Counted from the first letter of the stretch, positions 40,568 through 51,826 are shown. The stretch: 64,000 nucleotides of DNA from Candidatus Kapaibacterium sp. (GCA_017302855.1 JAFLBY010000001.1:9208-73207); one strand, 5' to 3'. Notes: generated by a model from the sequence alone, not told the origin. Numbers and translations: made by a program.

Positions 40568-43500
40568 ACATCGATAACTCCAAGAAATTTATAAAACTTT
40601 CATAGAATGAATAGAAATTAGTTTCTATTTTATAATCATTTATAAGTTTCAGTGTGTTTCCGGGAAAAAAATACAAACTATGAAAATAGTTGATAGTGTT
40701 CACTTTTCCAACAATAGCATTAAATAAAATTGGTTTTATGCTTCTTTTAACTTCTTTTTTGGGAAACAACTGAAATAGTTTTAAATCCGACAACGAAGAG
40801 TGTAATCCATCAGAATAAGATGCTACTTCATCTGGCTTTAATTTCAGTTCGGAAATTATTTTTTTGTCATTTATAGTAAGTATTCCGTTGTTTAATCGTG
40901 ATTGACTATCTTGTCTGTATGAGTTGTTGTGATCTGAATATTCAGTATAAGGAATTCCAATGTTCTTAAGAGACTTTGTTTTTTTATTCCGTTTTGAAAT
41001 ACGAACTCTGAATTTGTTAACTTCTAATATGTCTCTAAACTGATTACATCTATTTGAACTGAGAATGTTTTGAATATCATTAAAATCTATTTGCCTATCA
41101 TATATGTTATGTTGAAGTAATCTTTCTATTGATAGATTAAAAATACTATCTGGAAAACAGTTAATATGATTTGTAGGTAAACTAAACCAAGATACTTCTA
41201 ATTTGTTAATATCAAAATACTTTACCAAGATGTCAATTATACTCGTGGAATGTTGTTCAATATATTCTTCTAAAAGATGACGTACTCCCTTTTCTGATAA
41301 AGTCTGAATAGATGCTATTAGTTTAATAGATTCTATTTCTTTAACAAGACCCTTTTCTTCAAAAACTGAAAGTATGGTGGGGATAAATAGAACAGAATAA
41401 TCCTTTCTTTGATAGTATTTTGTCCAAAAAGTAGAAATGCTCGAGATATCAATGGTTTTATTTAAATGCAAGTTCAGACGAATATAATTTAATATTTCAA
41501 TCCATAAGTCAAAACTACCCAATTGACTGTTTTTAATGATAAAGTCTGCTAGTGATAAATTTAAGTAATCGTTTGTTCTTGCAACATGGCCAAGTGCCAG
41601 TATGTTGCGTCTCGCATCTTTTAATATAGACTTTGCAAATGCAGCGGGAATACGTTTCTTTTCAAGAAATTCTCGTAAATATAATAAGGACTCTTCATCT
41701 TCAGTATAAAAGTATTTATTAATAGTCATTTTTAAGTCTAAATAATCAGATTGTAGTTTTTCGTGGATGAATAAATTTTCCAACACAAAGGTCATTTTTT
41801 CGACGAATTCATAGTTGTCGTTAGATTCTATCAAAGCTTCAATTTCTATATTAGATAGTGCAGATTTGTGTGCGTTAAAAAAGGTATCTTCTTTTGTTGT
41901 TTCGTCTAATAAATTTTCAAAAAAACTGTTTGTATTATAATGGTCATTACTAGAAAGATTAAGCAACAATGAGATATTCCCCGTTTTAATAAAGTAAAAC
42001 ATACCAAAAAGATAGTCTGAGCTTGTAAAGTCTTTCTCTGTATATCCATGAAATAACAATGATTTTATATAGGTGTATAAAAATTTATTGTTAGTTGAAA
42101 TATAATCCCTTGATATTATATTGATAATTAATGATAAATCATAATAATCTTTCACATCTAAATCATTGGGTGAAAGTTCAAACAATGATCCTCTAAGTTG
42201 TCCATAGAATGATTGGATAGCCTCAAAATCTACAGTACCACTAACAAGAACTTTAAACTCAGAAATGTTTGAGAATCTGAGAATGATTTCTCGTTTCATT
42301 TCCATATCTAGATAGAAGAAATCAAACCTTGTAAGAAATGCAACTTCTGAGTTAAGGATTGAGTTGTAAACAATCATTTTTACTGTCTTTTGTCGTTCAG
42401 AATAATCAATGTTTTGGTTACGTAAATAAGTATTAAAGCTGTCGTGCAATAAAGAAACTCTGTTTAGCTTCTTTTCAAATAAATAAGGGTACTCACTTAT
42501 AAATTCTGAAACACTAACTCCTAATTCTTTACCTAAAAATTTTTCTATTTCATGGTGCATGATAAAAGAACGACAACAAAGAAACAATGTCAATAAAGAT
42601 TTTGTGTTTACCTTGTCTTTAAAAATTTCATCATAATACTCGTCTATAGTCTTTAACGTATTTAATTCAGGTAGATTGTTGTGTTCTTTATAATGTTCTG
42701 CCAAATATTTGACTAAAATAGGATAACCATCTGTAATCGAATATATGCGACTACAAACATCGTAATCGGTAATGTGAAAAAGTTTATCAAGAACCTTTTT
42801 TGTTTGCTCCTTGTTCCAATTAATAAGTTCATGTTTACTCCACTCCCATTGATGTTTCAATGGTCTGGTTAAAACTATTGTTTTACACTTTGTTTGTAAT
42901 TTTTGGATAAAGTCAATGATTTTTTTTAACTCTTTGCTATCGTAGTTTTCAACGTGGTCAATCCCGTCAATTATGACTATTTTGTTTACCTCCCATAATT
43001 TTGATAAAACTTCATTCTCATTCCTGTTAACTTGATCATTAAACAGTTTCTTCGAAAAGTCAAAGATAAAATTTGAAAACTTTAGCCTTTGATTATACTC
43101 TTTATCTTGGCTTGAAATCCAAAATCTGTAAATTATATTGTTTGGATATTCTTGAGTCAGACTATTGACAAGATGGCTTTTGCCAACTCCAGGTTTGCCT
43201 TCTATTACTATAATATTTTCAACAAATAGATGATTTCTTCCGACATCAATTGTTTGTTCGGTCAAATTGGTATCGAAAACGAGAATTGTTGGCAAATCCT
43301 TTCTCGCTATTCTAAATTTCCGCTCATCTAAACATGAATTAAAAAATCTGTTTATAATAAGTTCCCTTTCTTGGTTCAAATTGTATAAATTGGAAATTCT
43401 CTCATCAACATTTTCTCTGTTTAAAGAAACAATGTAAACATTGTTTGAAATATATGCAGGAATTCCGAATATTTCACAATTTGGCGAAATCTCGATTTGT

Positions 43501-43781
43501 TTAAAAAATATAATATTAGTGAATTGTGACAATAAATGTTTTTTGTTTTTTATAATTACTGAGTTTTCTTTGAATCGAAGAGAGTTAAGAGAAATGTCAT
43601 CAATATCTTTAATCTGGATGCAAAATTTTTCGTTAGTAGATGTTACTATTAAATCATCAAAGTGATTGTTAGCGTTTACTTCCATTTCAATTGAATCAAT
43701 ACTACGTTCAACATCCATTTTTGCTAAAAACAAAGATGTTATTTGTTTTTGATATGTGTATCCTGTATAAGCGTTTTTCAT
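40527..43781 (-). CDS. STAND-class P-loop NTPase (NACHT/NB-ARC-like), Avs-like candidate antiviral sensor: N-terminal PD-(D/E)xK-like domain plus long C-terminal helical-repeat region
   Basis: Walker A GKPGVGKSHLVNSL, Walker B KIVIIDGIDHV and TIVLTRP motifs. ~190-aa N-terminal domain with FDDLIV...EKFCIQIK (D...QxK). ~700-aa alpha-helical C-terminal half. Confidence 0.7.
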   Translation of the reverse strand: MKNAYTGYTYQKQITSLFLAKMDVERSIDSIEMEVNANNHFDDLIVTSTNEKFCIQIKDIDDISLNSLRFKENSVIIKNKKHLLSQFTNIIFFKQIEISPNCEIFGIPAYISNNVYIVSLNRENVDERISNLYNLNQERELIINRFFNSCLDERKFRIARKDLPTILVFDTNLTEQTIDVGRNHLFVENIIVIEGKPGVGKSHLVNSLTQEYPNNIIYRFWISSQDKEYNQRLKFSNFIFDFSKKLFNDQVNRNENEVLSKLWEVNKIVIIDGIDHVENYDSKELKKIIDFIQKLQTKCKTIVLTRPLKHQWEWSKHELINWNKEQTKKVLDKLFHITDYDVCSRIYSITDGYPILVKYLAEHYKEHNNLPELNTLKTIDEYYDEIFKDKVNTKSLLTLFLCCRSFIMHHEIEKFLGKELGVSVSEFISEYPYLFEKKLNRVSLLHDSFNTYLRNQNIDYSERQKTVKMIVYNSILNSEVAFLTRFDFFYLDMEMKREIILRFSNISEFKVLVSGTVDFEAIQSFYGQLRGSLFELSPNDLDVKDYYDLSLIINIISRDYISTNNKFLYTYIKSLLFHGYTEKDFTSSDYLFGMFYFIKTGNISLLLNLSSNDHYNTNSFFENLLDETTKEDTFFNAHKSALSNIEIEALIESNDNYEFVEKMTFVLENLFIHEKLQSDYLDLKMTINKYFYTEDEESLLYLREFLEKKRIPAAFAKSILKDARRNILALGHVARTNDYLNLSLADFIIKNSQLGSFDLWIEILNYIRLNLHLNKTIDISSISTFWTKYYQRKDYSVLFIPTILSVFEEKGLVKEIESIKLIASIQTLSEKGVRHLLEEYIEQHSTSIIDILVKYFDINKLEVSWFSLPTNHINCFPDSIFNLSIERLLQHNIYDRQIDFNDIQNILSSNRCNQFRDILEVNKFRVRISKRNKKTKSLKNIGIPYTEYSDHNNSYRQDSQSRLNNGILTINDKKIISELKLKPDEVASYSDGLHSSLSDLKLFQLFPKKEVKRSIKPILFNAIVGKVNTINYFHSLYFFPGNTLKLINDYKIETNFYSFYESFINFLELSMFEINSNKLHDQEV

Positions 43782-44061
43782 TAATTACAAATAATATTAA
43801 CTTCTTTCATTACTTAAATTTCTTCTTCGGTCAGTTCGTAAAGTTTCTGAACTAATGTGTCAATTTGGTCTGTTTAAGTCATCTGTGCTTCCGATGGCGG
43901 TAGATCTCACACAGCGAAGTAAACCACCGTTTGTTTCTCCAAAACTACAAAACTTTGAAAACTCAGACAAATATGAAGTTCTCATATTTCATTATGATAT
44001 AGCGTATCCTTGCTTTGCAATTCAATGACTGTCACCCTTTTCATACAAGAGGAGTGTTGAA

Positions 44062-44084
44062 TAAAAAAAGGGGCTTGCGCCCCT
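44062..44084 (-). terminator. Rho-independent terminator of the sugar-nucleotide operon
   Basis: Minus strand GGGGCGCAAGCCCC followed by TTTTTTT, immediately after the gmd stop. Confidence 0.55.
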
Positions 44085-44087
44085 TGT

Positions 44088-45233
44088 TTATCCTGCATCA
44101 CCTATAATATCTTTGGCGGTGCCATGTTCTGTCCAATCAAACCCTTTATTCTTAATGGCATCAATACCGCGCCGCGATGTACTAAGTCCGCAACTCATCA
44201 TATCATGGTCGGTCATAATTTCCACTAATTCCTTAAATGTGACACGCGGTTGCCATCCTAAAATTCTTTGCGCTTTGGAAATATCCGCTTGCAGAAAATC
44301 CACTTCGGTCGGGCGAAAATATCGCGGGTCAATTTCCACGATAACTGTGCCCGGAGCTATAGAATACTGTGGGGCGGCACTGCGTACAATTCCTTGTTCG
44401 TGAATACCTTCTCCCCTCCACTCTATTTCCACACCGACATAAGCAAAAGCCATTTCCACAAATTCACGGACGGTATGGCTTTCACCTGTCCCGACAGTAA
44501 AATCATCGGGCGTATCATGGGCAAGAATTAAGTGCATCATTTCCACATATTCCGGTGCAAAACCCCAATCACGTTTGGCATCAAGATTTCCCAAATAAAG
44601 CCGATTTTGTTTACCCGAAAGAATATGCGCTACGGCACGAGTAATTTTTCTTGTTACGAAAATTTCGCCGCGCCGCGGACTTTCATGATTGAATAAAATA
44701 CCATTGGAACAAAAAAGATTATAGCCCTCACGATAATTAACAACTAACCAATAAGCATAGAGTTTGGCAGCGGCATAAGGGCTTTGCGGTTGGAATGGTG
44801 TGGTTTCCGATTGTGGCGGCATTGCCGAGCCGAATAATTCGGAGGTTGATGCCTGATATAATTTGGTACGAATACCGCTGCGGCGAATTGCTTCCAAAAT
44901 ACGTGTTGTGCCCAACCCCGTGACATTACCCGTATATTCCGGCATATCGAAAGAAACACGCACATGGCTTTGTGCCCCCAGATGATACACTTCATCGGGT
45001 TGGATATTATACATTATTTCGGTCATAATGCCCGGATCGGATAAATCACCATAATGAAGTCGCAGCCGCGCGCCTTTTTCATGCGGATCAAGGTAAATAT
45101 GATCAATGCGATGGGTATTAAATGTACTGGCGCGGCGAATAATGCCATGCACCTCATAGCCCTTAGCAAGAAGAAATTCCGCCAAATAAGAGCCGTCTTG
45201 TCCCGTAATACCCGTAATTAATGCTTTTTGCAT
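44088..45233 (-). CDS. gmd: GDP-mannose 4,6-dehydratase
   Basis: [34 protein letters not shown]; full-length Gmd, 381 aa. Confidence 0.9.
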   Translation of the reverse strand: MQKALITGITGQDGSYLAEFLLAKGYEVHGIIRRASTFNTHRIDHIYLDPHEKGARLRLHYGDLSDPGIMTEIMYNIQPDEVYHLGAQSHVRVSFDMPEYTGNVTGLGTTRILEAIRRSGIRTKLYQASTSELFGSAMPPQSETTPFQPQSPYAAAKLYAYWLVVNYREGYNLFCSNGILFNHESPRRGEIFVTRKITRAVAHILSGKQNRLYLGNLDAKRDWGFAPEYVEMMHLILAHDTPDDFTVGTGESHTVREFVEMAFAYVGVEIEWRGEGIHEQGIVRSAAPQYSIAPGTVIVEIDPRYFRPTEVDFLQADISKAQRILGWQPRVTFKELVEIMTDHDMMSCGLSTSRRGIDAIKNKGFDWTEHGTAKDIIGDAG

Positions 45234-45235
45234 GA

Positions 45236-46627
45236 TTATTTTTTACCTTCACCCAATAAACGTACTTTCTTTTTCGCGCCTTTTACTTTTTTACATGCAT
45301 TGCGTGTGTCAATCACGACTTTACTGTGTTTGACAATCATCTCATAATCGAAAGAAGTATGGTCCGTGGTGATGACGGCAATATCGAATTTTTCAAGCAT
45401 TTGCGGCGTGAGTTTTTTCTCCGATTTTACTTTTTTGCCATGAATTTCTGTTTCGGGAATATATGGATCATAATAGCTGATATTTTTCATACCGTCTTCA
45501 AGTAATAATTCCGCAACTTTTAAGGCGGGAGAATGGCGTAAATCATCCACATCGCGCTTAAATGCCATGCCGAGTAAAAGAATTTTTGCTTTTTCCATTG
45601 TCACAGGTTGCCGTGCAATTTCACGCTCAATCATGGAACGCACATAAAAAGGCATGGACTCATTCACTTCGGCAGCAAGTGTGATAAAGTTGGTCACAAA
45701 ATCCACTTCCCTTGCCATCCATGATAAATAATAGGGGTCAATAAGAATACAATGCCCGCCAATGCCCGGTCCCGGGAAAAATGGCATAAAACCAAAAGGT
45801 TTGGTAGAAGCGGCTTCCACTACTTCCCATATATTTACACCAATCCTATCACATAATTGTGCTAATTCATTCACCAAAGCAATATTCACACTGCGGAAAA
45901 TATTTTCAAGTAATTTTTCCATTTCAGCAACTTCGGGAGTGCTGACAGCAATGACTTTATCAATAATAAGTTCATTGACAGCCACAGACAAAGCAGTGCA
46001 TGATGCGCTTACGCCACCCACAACAATAGGAGTATTACCCGTATGCCATGTTGTATTGCCCGGATCAATTCTTTCCGGTGAAAAAGCCAAATAATAATCT
46101 TTGCCTGCTTTTTTGCCCATGCGTTCCAAAATCGGCTGCACATATTTTGTCGTTGTACCCGGAAACGTGGTGCTTTTTAGAATAACAATATGTCCGTCGC
46201 GCAAATATTTGGCAACTTCTTCGGTTGAATGAACAATATGGGAAATATCCGGTTCTTTATTGGGGGTAAATGGCGTGGGTACGCATATATAGATGACATC
46301 ACATTCCCCGCAAACAGAAAAATCCGTCGTTGCGCTTAATGTCTTATTGGCAATGCACTGCGCCACATTCTCGGAGCTGATGTCTTGGATATAATTGTGC
46401 CCTTGTTGCAAAGCGGAGATTTTACGATTGTCAATATCAATACCGATGGTGCGAATGCCTTTCATCGCAAATTCTACGGCAAGTGGCAAGCCGACATATC
46501 CCAAACCAACCACACCGATGACGATGTCTTGGGAGCGAATACGAGAAAGAAGTGTGGTGGGGTCTGAGGAATACACCATTGCTTCGGAGGTGCTTTTCTT
46601 GAGTGAAGAGTGAGTTTTCTTTGCCAT
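45236..46627 (-). CDS. Nucleotide-sugar dehydrogenase (UDP-glucose/GDP-mannose dehydrogenase family)
   Basis: [22 protein letters not shown]-binding start and catalytic Cys region GGHCI. The ORF track extends to 46714; the internal Met at 46627 or 46579 is more plausible. Confidence 0.8.
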   Translation of the reverse strand: MAKKTHSSLKKSTSEAMVYSSDPTTLLSRIRSQDIVIGVVGLGYVGLPLAVEFAMKGIRTIGIDIDNRKISALQQGHNYIQDISSENVAQCIANKTLSATTDFSVCGECDVIYICVPTPFTPNKEPDISHIVHSTEEVAKYLRDGHIVILKSTTFPGTTTKYVQPILERMGKKAGKDYYLAFSPERIDPGNTTWHTGNTPIVVGGVSASCTALSVAVNELIIDKVIAVSTPEVAEMEKLLENIFRSVNIALVNELAQLCDRIGVNIWEVVEAASTKPFGFMPFFPGPGIGGHCILIDPYYLSWMAREVDFVTNFITLAAEVNESMPFYVRSMIEREIARQPVTMEKAKILLLGMAFKRDVDDLRHSPALKVAELLLEDGMKNISYYDPYIPETEIHGKKVKSEKKLTPQMLEKFDIAVITTDHTSFDYEMIVKHSKVVIDTRNACKKVKGAKKKVRLLGEGKK

Positions 46628-46974
46628 TGTGAGTATGAGTAATTGAATAAAATTGCTGTTGTAATAACAAGTGCCGTGCCATTGACGATGCACTATGACG
46701 AAACTTACAGTCAAAATTACTTAATTGCTTTGATTGGTTTGATAGAAAAGAGGTAATGGACAGGTACGAAGTCGCCAAAAATGCTGCAGAAAGTAATTGT
46801 GATGAAGAATGTGATTGATTTGAGTCAGTGTTCTTTCTTTGCTAATACGCAGATGTAAGATAATGCAGAAAAAGAAAGCACTTCCGTCCCGTCGCCACCC
46901 CTTCTAAAGGTATATTAGCGACGACGGGTTGACGCTTGTCATATATGTATCACATGATCTGTTTGGTCAATAGA

Positions 46975-47910
46975 CTATAGCGATTGAGATTTCAGACTTT
47001 CAATCATCGTCCTGATACCTTGTTTCGGAGCTGTGGCAGTGATGCCGAAACGTTGCTCAAATTTGGAACTGTCGAACATATAATCTTGCTCATATTGATA
47101 CATCATCTCAGGAAACTCTTTCAAAGAAGGAATAAATATCCCAAGCATTTTTATCATCCATAATGGCAAGTGTTGAATATCGGGTTTGACTTGCAGTTCT
47201 TCCGCTATAAGGTGAATCCATTGCAAAGTAGTTAAACATTCTTTTGTTGTCGGCACATGCCATACTTGATGAAAAGCATCGGGAGTATTGCCAAGTAAAG
47301 CTGTTGCCTTTGCCGCATCGGGCGTATAAGTAAAGGTATGGATTTTATTGACATTGCCAAAAGACTGTGCCTTTTTCCCTTTCAGCAAATTATCAACCAC
47401 CATAATACGAAGAGCACTGGTTTTATTGTCGGGTCCATAAAAATCGGCAGAGCGAGCAATTAATGCATTAAGAGAATTGTTCTCTACCTCTTTCATAATC
47501 ATTTCATGAATCCGCTGCCGTATCATACCTTTTTTGCTTGGAGCATTGATGGGTGATGTTTCCACCATGTGCGGTATAGCGGATGAGTCATACATATAGA
47601 CATTATCAAAAAACACCAGCTTTGCATTATGGTTTTTGCATGCCTGAATAACTGCTTGCATAAATGGAACCCATATTTGTTCCCACACATGCAATCTATA
47701 CTCAAAACCAACAGTTACATACACAATCTCACTGCCTGCCACTGCTGAGTCAATACTGTTTGTATCATGAAGATCGGCGGGATATAATTCATCCGAGTCA
47801 TTTACTTTTTGGGGCTTTCTGCTTACTAATCTGATATGGGGAGTGTAATGAGATAACTCTTTTGCTAAAGGTATGCCGATAGCACCGCCTGCACCGAGTA
47901 TTGTTTGCAT
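46975..47910 (-). CDS. NAD-dependent epimerase/dehydratase-family (SDR) protein
   Basis: MQTILGAGGAIGIPLAKEL Rossmann start; 311 aa. Confidence 0.6.
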   Translation of the reverse strand: MQTILGAGGAIGIPLAKELSHYTPHIRLVSRKPQKVNDSDELYPADLHDTNSIDSAVAGSEIVYVTVGFEYRLHVWEQIWVPFMQAVIQACKNHNAKLVFFDNVYMYDSSAIPHMVETSPINAPSKKGMIRQRIHEMIMKEVENNSLNALIARSADFYGPDNKTSALRIMVVDNLLKGKKAQSFGNVNKIHTFTYTPDAAKATALLGNTPDAFHQVWHVPTTKECLTTLQWIHLIAEELQVKPDIQHLPLWMIKMLGIFIPSLKEFPEMMYQYEQDYMFDSSKFEQRFGITATAPKQGIRTMIESLKSQSL

Positions 47911-47969
47911 ATATAGTCCTTACTATGTGAAATTATTAACTGTCAGAATCCCGAAAAGATATATAATCC

Positions 47970-49034
47970 TTAGGCTTCAATCAATTCATTTACTTCTTCA
48001 TTCATTACTTCTTCATTCATTACTTCTTCATTCATTACTTCTTCATATACACAACTGTTTACCAAAGCATTTGCAATGTGCCACATTAAGACAGGTGGAA
48101 CAGCATTGCCAATTGCTCTGTATTGTCTATTCTCTGAAACACTGTCTAACGTAAATGTTAGCGGAAAAGATTGAATGTTTGCTGCTTCTCTTGGTGTAAA
48201 TCTTCTGTAACGTTCACCAACCATTAATACAGGGTCCGTTCCATTCAAACTGACTTTTGCAAGATGTGCACTGATTGTGTTACAGGGCTGTTCTAAATCT
48301 TGTACTCGTCCTTTGTTCATCTTTTCTCTTACTCGCAACATTCCATCAATGGCTCTTTGGCTGAAAAACCATTTTTCATCTTTGTGAGCTTCTTTATCAA
48401 TAACCTGTTTTAATTTTACTTTTGAACCGTTCAATGTGTTTGGTCTTGGAAATCTAAAATTAAAATAATCGTCAAAATCTCTGAAGCCAACAATAAAAAT
48501 GCGTTCGCGTTTTTGAGGAATACCAAATTCTGACGCATTTAACAGCTTAAAATGAATGTGATAACCTGCTTTCTCAAATTCGTTTACAATCATAGGGAGT
48601 GCTTTTCCTTTGTTTGCAGAAAGTAAACCTTTAACATTTTCTCCAATGAAAAAACGTGGCTGTTTTTCTTTCAGAATTTTTACCATCTCAAAAAACAATT
48701 TTCCTCTATCGTCTTTGTAGCCTAATCTGGGTGGGTTCTGTGCACTGATAGAAAATGATTGACAAGGAAAACCACCTAACAGAATATCGTGGTCAGGAAC
48801 TTCGTTTGGTATGATAGCTCTAACGTCTTTTATCTCACATTTATGCTCAAAATTATCGTTGTAAATTTTTGTTGAGTAACTATCGTTATCGACGGCATAC
48901 ACAACCTCAAAAGGTAAGGCAGCGTAATGATTGTCAAGAAAATCGAAATTTCCTTGAATACCTAAATCCATTCCTCCACAACCACAGAAAAGAGATGAGA
49001 CCTTTAATTTGTTATTTCCAGCAGTTTGTGCCAT
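47970..49034 (-). CDS. DNA (cytosine-5)-methyltransferase (M2 of the RM operon) with a C-terminal EEVMN peptide-repeat tail
   Basis: Motif I LFCGCGGMDLG, motif IV GGFPCQSFS, ENV motif. C-terminus (EEVMN)x3-4. Confidence 0.85.
   Translation of the reverse strand: MAQTAGNNKLKVSSLFCGCGGMDLGIQGNFDFLDNHYAALPFEVVYAVDNDSYSTKIYNDNFEHKCEIKDVRAIIPNEVPDHDILLGGFPCQSFSISAQNPPRLGYKDDRGKLFFEMVKILKEKQPRFFIGENVKGLLSANKGKALPMIVNEFEKAGYHIHFKLLNASEFGIPQKRERIFIVGFRDFDDYFNFRFPRPNTLNGSKVKLKQVIDKEAHKDEKWFFSQRAIDGMLRVREKMNKGRVQDLEQPCNTISAHLAKVSLNGTDPVLMVGERYRRFTPREAANIQSFPLTFTLDSVSENRQYRAIGNAVPPVLMWHIANALVNSCVYEEVMNEEVMNEEVMNEEVNELIEA
47985..48050. repeat. 15-bp tandem repeat (ttcattacttcttca, 3 perfect copies plus 1 variant) at the 3' end of the methyltransferase gene
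   Basis: Seen directly; in-frame, 5 aa per unit. Confidence 0.6.
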
Positions 49035-50446
49035 TGTCCTGATATTTTAGAAAATTCAACAACTAAGTTTTTATCAACTTTTAAATTACCTAATTTGAAT
49101 TGTTTAAATGGGTTTTGAATAATAAAGATGTTCTTGCTCTTATCGTTAATTACCAAGTAATAGACAAAATAACTGTCCCCTAATGTTTCTGCACTGTCCC
49201 ATTCGTTAGGCGTGAGTTTGAAACGATTATTGTTAATTGCTTTTCGTGATTTAGTTGTTTTTACTTCAATATATCGTTTTTTTTGAGGTATTTCGATACT
49301 TTGTAGGTCATATCCAACACCAAGAGGTGTCGGGATTTTGTTTATTAAGTGTTGACGGTTTGAACCACCTCTTGTTCTCAAATATTCATGTGCTAAAATT
49401 AACGTTTCACCATAATCCCCAAATATTTTTGTAGGTACTTTTCTATCTCCTTTGATGCGTGAGTAATACTCTTGAATAAGAGTAGATATGTTCTGTACTT
49501 CTTGTTCTTCTAAATGAGGGGCAAACGCTTCAATATTATCAAAGTTATTTACATAATCAAACCAAAGCTCTTCTAGTTTTCCAATTTCAGAATTTTTTGT
49601 TTCTTCTTCTAAATTGTAATATCTGTCATACTCACCAAACCATGTATTGTTTTGCAAGTGAAAGTTAATTGCTTCTATGTTTTTGTGATTCAGATAATAA
49701 TAATAACCTGTTCCTTTATGGTGCAAAAGATTGGCTAAAACCATGTAATCCAAAATGTCGCCAGCGTACCGATTAGTATCACCTTTTGATGGAAATTCGC
49801 CTGTTCGTTCGTTTCTTAATGCTTCGTAATTATATTCGTATTCCACTTTGTCTTTTCTGTTCTCTAGAATGAGATTTACAACTTCGTTTGCTTGCCTTTT
49901 TCCTGTTGTAACTCGAAGGTCGAAGTAAGCGCATTGCGTGAGTTCTTCTACTGTTAAGCTAAATGGTTTTCCTGTAATTTTTTCTCCCTCAACAAATAAA
50001 TTAAGTATGAATTGACAAGGTCTAAATTTTATACCAGCTTCAATTTGCTTAATTGTATTTTGAGATTTAATGTGTCCACCTGGGTATTGAAATGAAAACA
50101 AAAAGTAATTAAAAAATTCATCCAAATATTGATTGTTTGCAAGCCTCTTTGCTGTTAAGCCGGGTTCGGAGAAACCGTTCTTTTCTTGAATAAAACCAAA
50201 CAACGCTGAAATTTCAGTCCGCCAATTATCTATTGTCTTTTGTGCTGCTGTTGTGTTTTTTTTAAAACCAAACAATACCTTGTTTAATTCATTTTTAAAA
50301 TTGTTTTTTGATAAAACGGGCATTTCTGAAATTGTTGTTGCTACATACAATAAAACTTCTTCTACGTCATTTTTGAAACGTGGTCTTACATGATGTAATC
50401 TAAAAAAATACTCATCAGGTATTCTGTATGATTTTATTCTGCTCAT
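49004..50446 (-). CDS. Putative type II restriction endonuclease (C-terminal DUF3883-like PD-(D/E)xK domain)
   Basis: 480 aa. C-terminal ...GYDLQ...KKRYIEVKTTKS...FKLTPNEW...YFVYYLV is a D...EVK nuclease core. Sits between two m5C methyltransferase genes with overlapping start/stop. Confidence 0.5.
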   Translation of the reverse strand: MSRIKSYRIPDEYFFRLHHVRPRFKNDVEEVLLYVATTISEMPVLSKNNFKNELNKVLFGFKKNTTAAQKTIDNWRTEISALFGFIQEKNGFSEPGLTAKRLANNQYLDEFFNYFLFSFQYPGGHIKSQNTIKQIEAGIKFRPCQFILNLFVEGEKITGKPFSLTVEELTQCAYFDLRVTTGKRQANEVVNLILENRKDKVEYEYNYEALRNERTGEFPSKGDTNRYAGDILDYMVLANLLHHKGTGYYYYLNHKNIEAINFHLQNNTWFGEYDRYYNLEEETKNSEIGKLEELWFDYVNNFDNIEAFAPHLEEQEVQNISTLIQEYYSRIKGDRKVPTKIFGDYGETLILAHEYLRTRGGSNRQHLINKIPTPLGVGYDLQSIEIPQKKRYIEVKTTKSRKAINNNRFKLTPNEWDSAETLGDSYFVYYLVINDKSKNIFIIQNPFKQFKLGNLKVDKNLVVEFSKISGQWHKLLEITN

Positions 50447-51480
50447 AAGTATTTCATAATTTCATTTGCTAACACAGCTGCTAATATTGGAGGAACAGCA
50501 TTGCCTACCTGTTTGTATTGGCTCGTTTTACTTCCTAAAAAAATGAATGAATCTGGAAAGGATTGTATTCTCGCACTTTCTCTAACAGTAGGCACACGAT
50601 TGTATTTGTAATGAAAATGATGTCTGTGTCCTGTGTCAATAGTAAAACTTGGCTTCTTGCTGTTTAGTCTCGTCCAAGCAATATTTACATTCCTTGTTTT
50701 TCGTAATTCTTTAGGCAAGTCTTTATAGTTTCCGCCATCGGGAACTAATGAAATAATATGTGTTGTTTGCTCACTATGGTTAGTTGTTTCGTGATTGTAA
50801 ATACCCTTTGACCCTTCTCTAATTAATCTTTGATAATGAGATTTAGGTTTAGTTGTATATTTTGTCCCGTTTTCTAACGAATTTTTAGGCAAATCTGAAA
50901 TTGCATCTTTCGTATTTATAGGGGTTTTAGTTGTTGGTTCTGGGAAAACAAACTCTTTGTTGCTCTTTGTTCCAATAAAGAAAGCACGTTTTCTATTCTG
51001 CGGAACTCCATAATCAGAGGCTAATAAAATTTTGTAAACTACGGTGTAACCAAGTTTTTCAAAATCACTGAGAATTGTCTCTTTTACAATACCTTTTCCC
51101 ATAGAAATAATGTTTGGCACATTTTCCATTACAAACGCCTTAGGCTTGTAAAAACTAACAAAACTCAAAAATGATTTGTAAAGTTGATTGCGCTCGTCAT
51201 CAATTATTCTTTTTCCTGCAATAGAAAAACCTTGACAAGGAGGACCTCCAATAATCACATCTATACTTTTTATTCCTGTTTTTTTTGAAATTTCTTTCGC
51301 TGTCTCCGTAAATAAATCGGCTACAATTCCTTTTGCATTTTTGTGAGTGTTTTCAAAAGTTACAATCGCATCTTTCCAATTGTCAATTCCCAAAAGTACA
51401 TCATAGCCAGCTTCGATGAATCCATAAGAAAGTCCACCGCAGCCACAAAACAAGTCTATTACTGTTGGCTTCTTTTTCAT
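50443..51480 (-). CDS. DNA (cytosine-5)-methyltransferase (M1 of the RM operon)
   Basis: IDLFCGCGGLSYGF, GGPPCQGFSIAGKR and ENVPN motifs. Confidence 0.85.
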   Translation of the reverse strand: MKKKPTVIDLFCGCGGLSYGFIEAGYDVLLGIDNWKDAIVTFENTHKNAKGIVADLFTETAKEISKKTGIKSIDVIIGGPPCQGFSIAGKRIIDDERNQLYKSFLSFVSFYKPKAFVMENVPNIISMGKGIVKETILSDFEKLGYTVVYKILLASDYGVPQNRKRAFFIGTKSNKEFVFPEPTTKTPINTKDAISDLPKNSLENGTKYTTKPKSHYQRLIREGSKGIYNHETTNHSEQTTHIISLVPDGGNYKDLPKELRKTRNVNIAWTRLNSKKPSFTIDTGHRHHFHYKYNRVPTVRESARIQSFPDSFIFLGSKTSQYKQVGNAVPPILAAVLANEIMKYL

Positions 51481-51499
51481 TTTCTAACTTGATAATGTC

Positions 51500-51808
51500 T
51501 CATTTTGTGTTCATATTCTTCAAATAGTTTACCTTTTCTTCTGCAACCACCAATGTTTCGGTAGGGCAGTTATAAGCATACATCTTTTTTGCAAATTGAT
51601 CTCCAAAATATTCAATCTTTAATCTTTCAATATCAAGACTAAAAACTATTGCTAATTTGGTTAATCGCTTTTCGTCAAACTCTCTCTTCCCATTTTCGAT
51701 TTTGCTAAGATTTGCAGAATCAAGGTCAAGACGGAATGCAAGTTGCGTTAAAGTCAAGCCATTGTCTGTTCTTAGTTTCTTGATGTATTCACCAAAAGTT
51801 GCCTTCAT
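51500..51808 (-). CDS. XRE-family HTH regulator, candidate RM controller (C) protein
   Basis: FGEYIKKLRTDNGLTLTQLAFRLDLDSANLSKIENGKR HTH_3. First gene of the C-M-R-M operon. Confidence 0.6.
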   Translation of the reverse strand: MKATFGEYIKKLRTDNGLTLTQLAFRLDLDSANLSKIENGKREFDEKRLTKLAIVFSLDIERLKIEYFGDQFAKKMYAYNCPTETLVVAEEKVNYLKNMNTK

Positions 51809-51826
51809 AAGATTATACCTCGAAAC

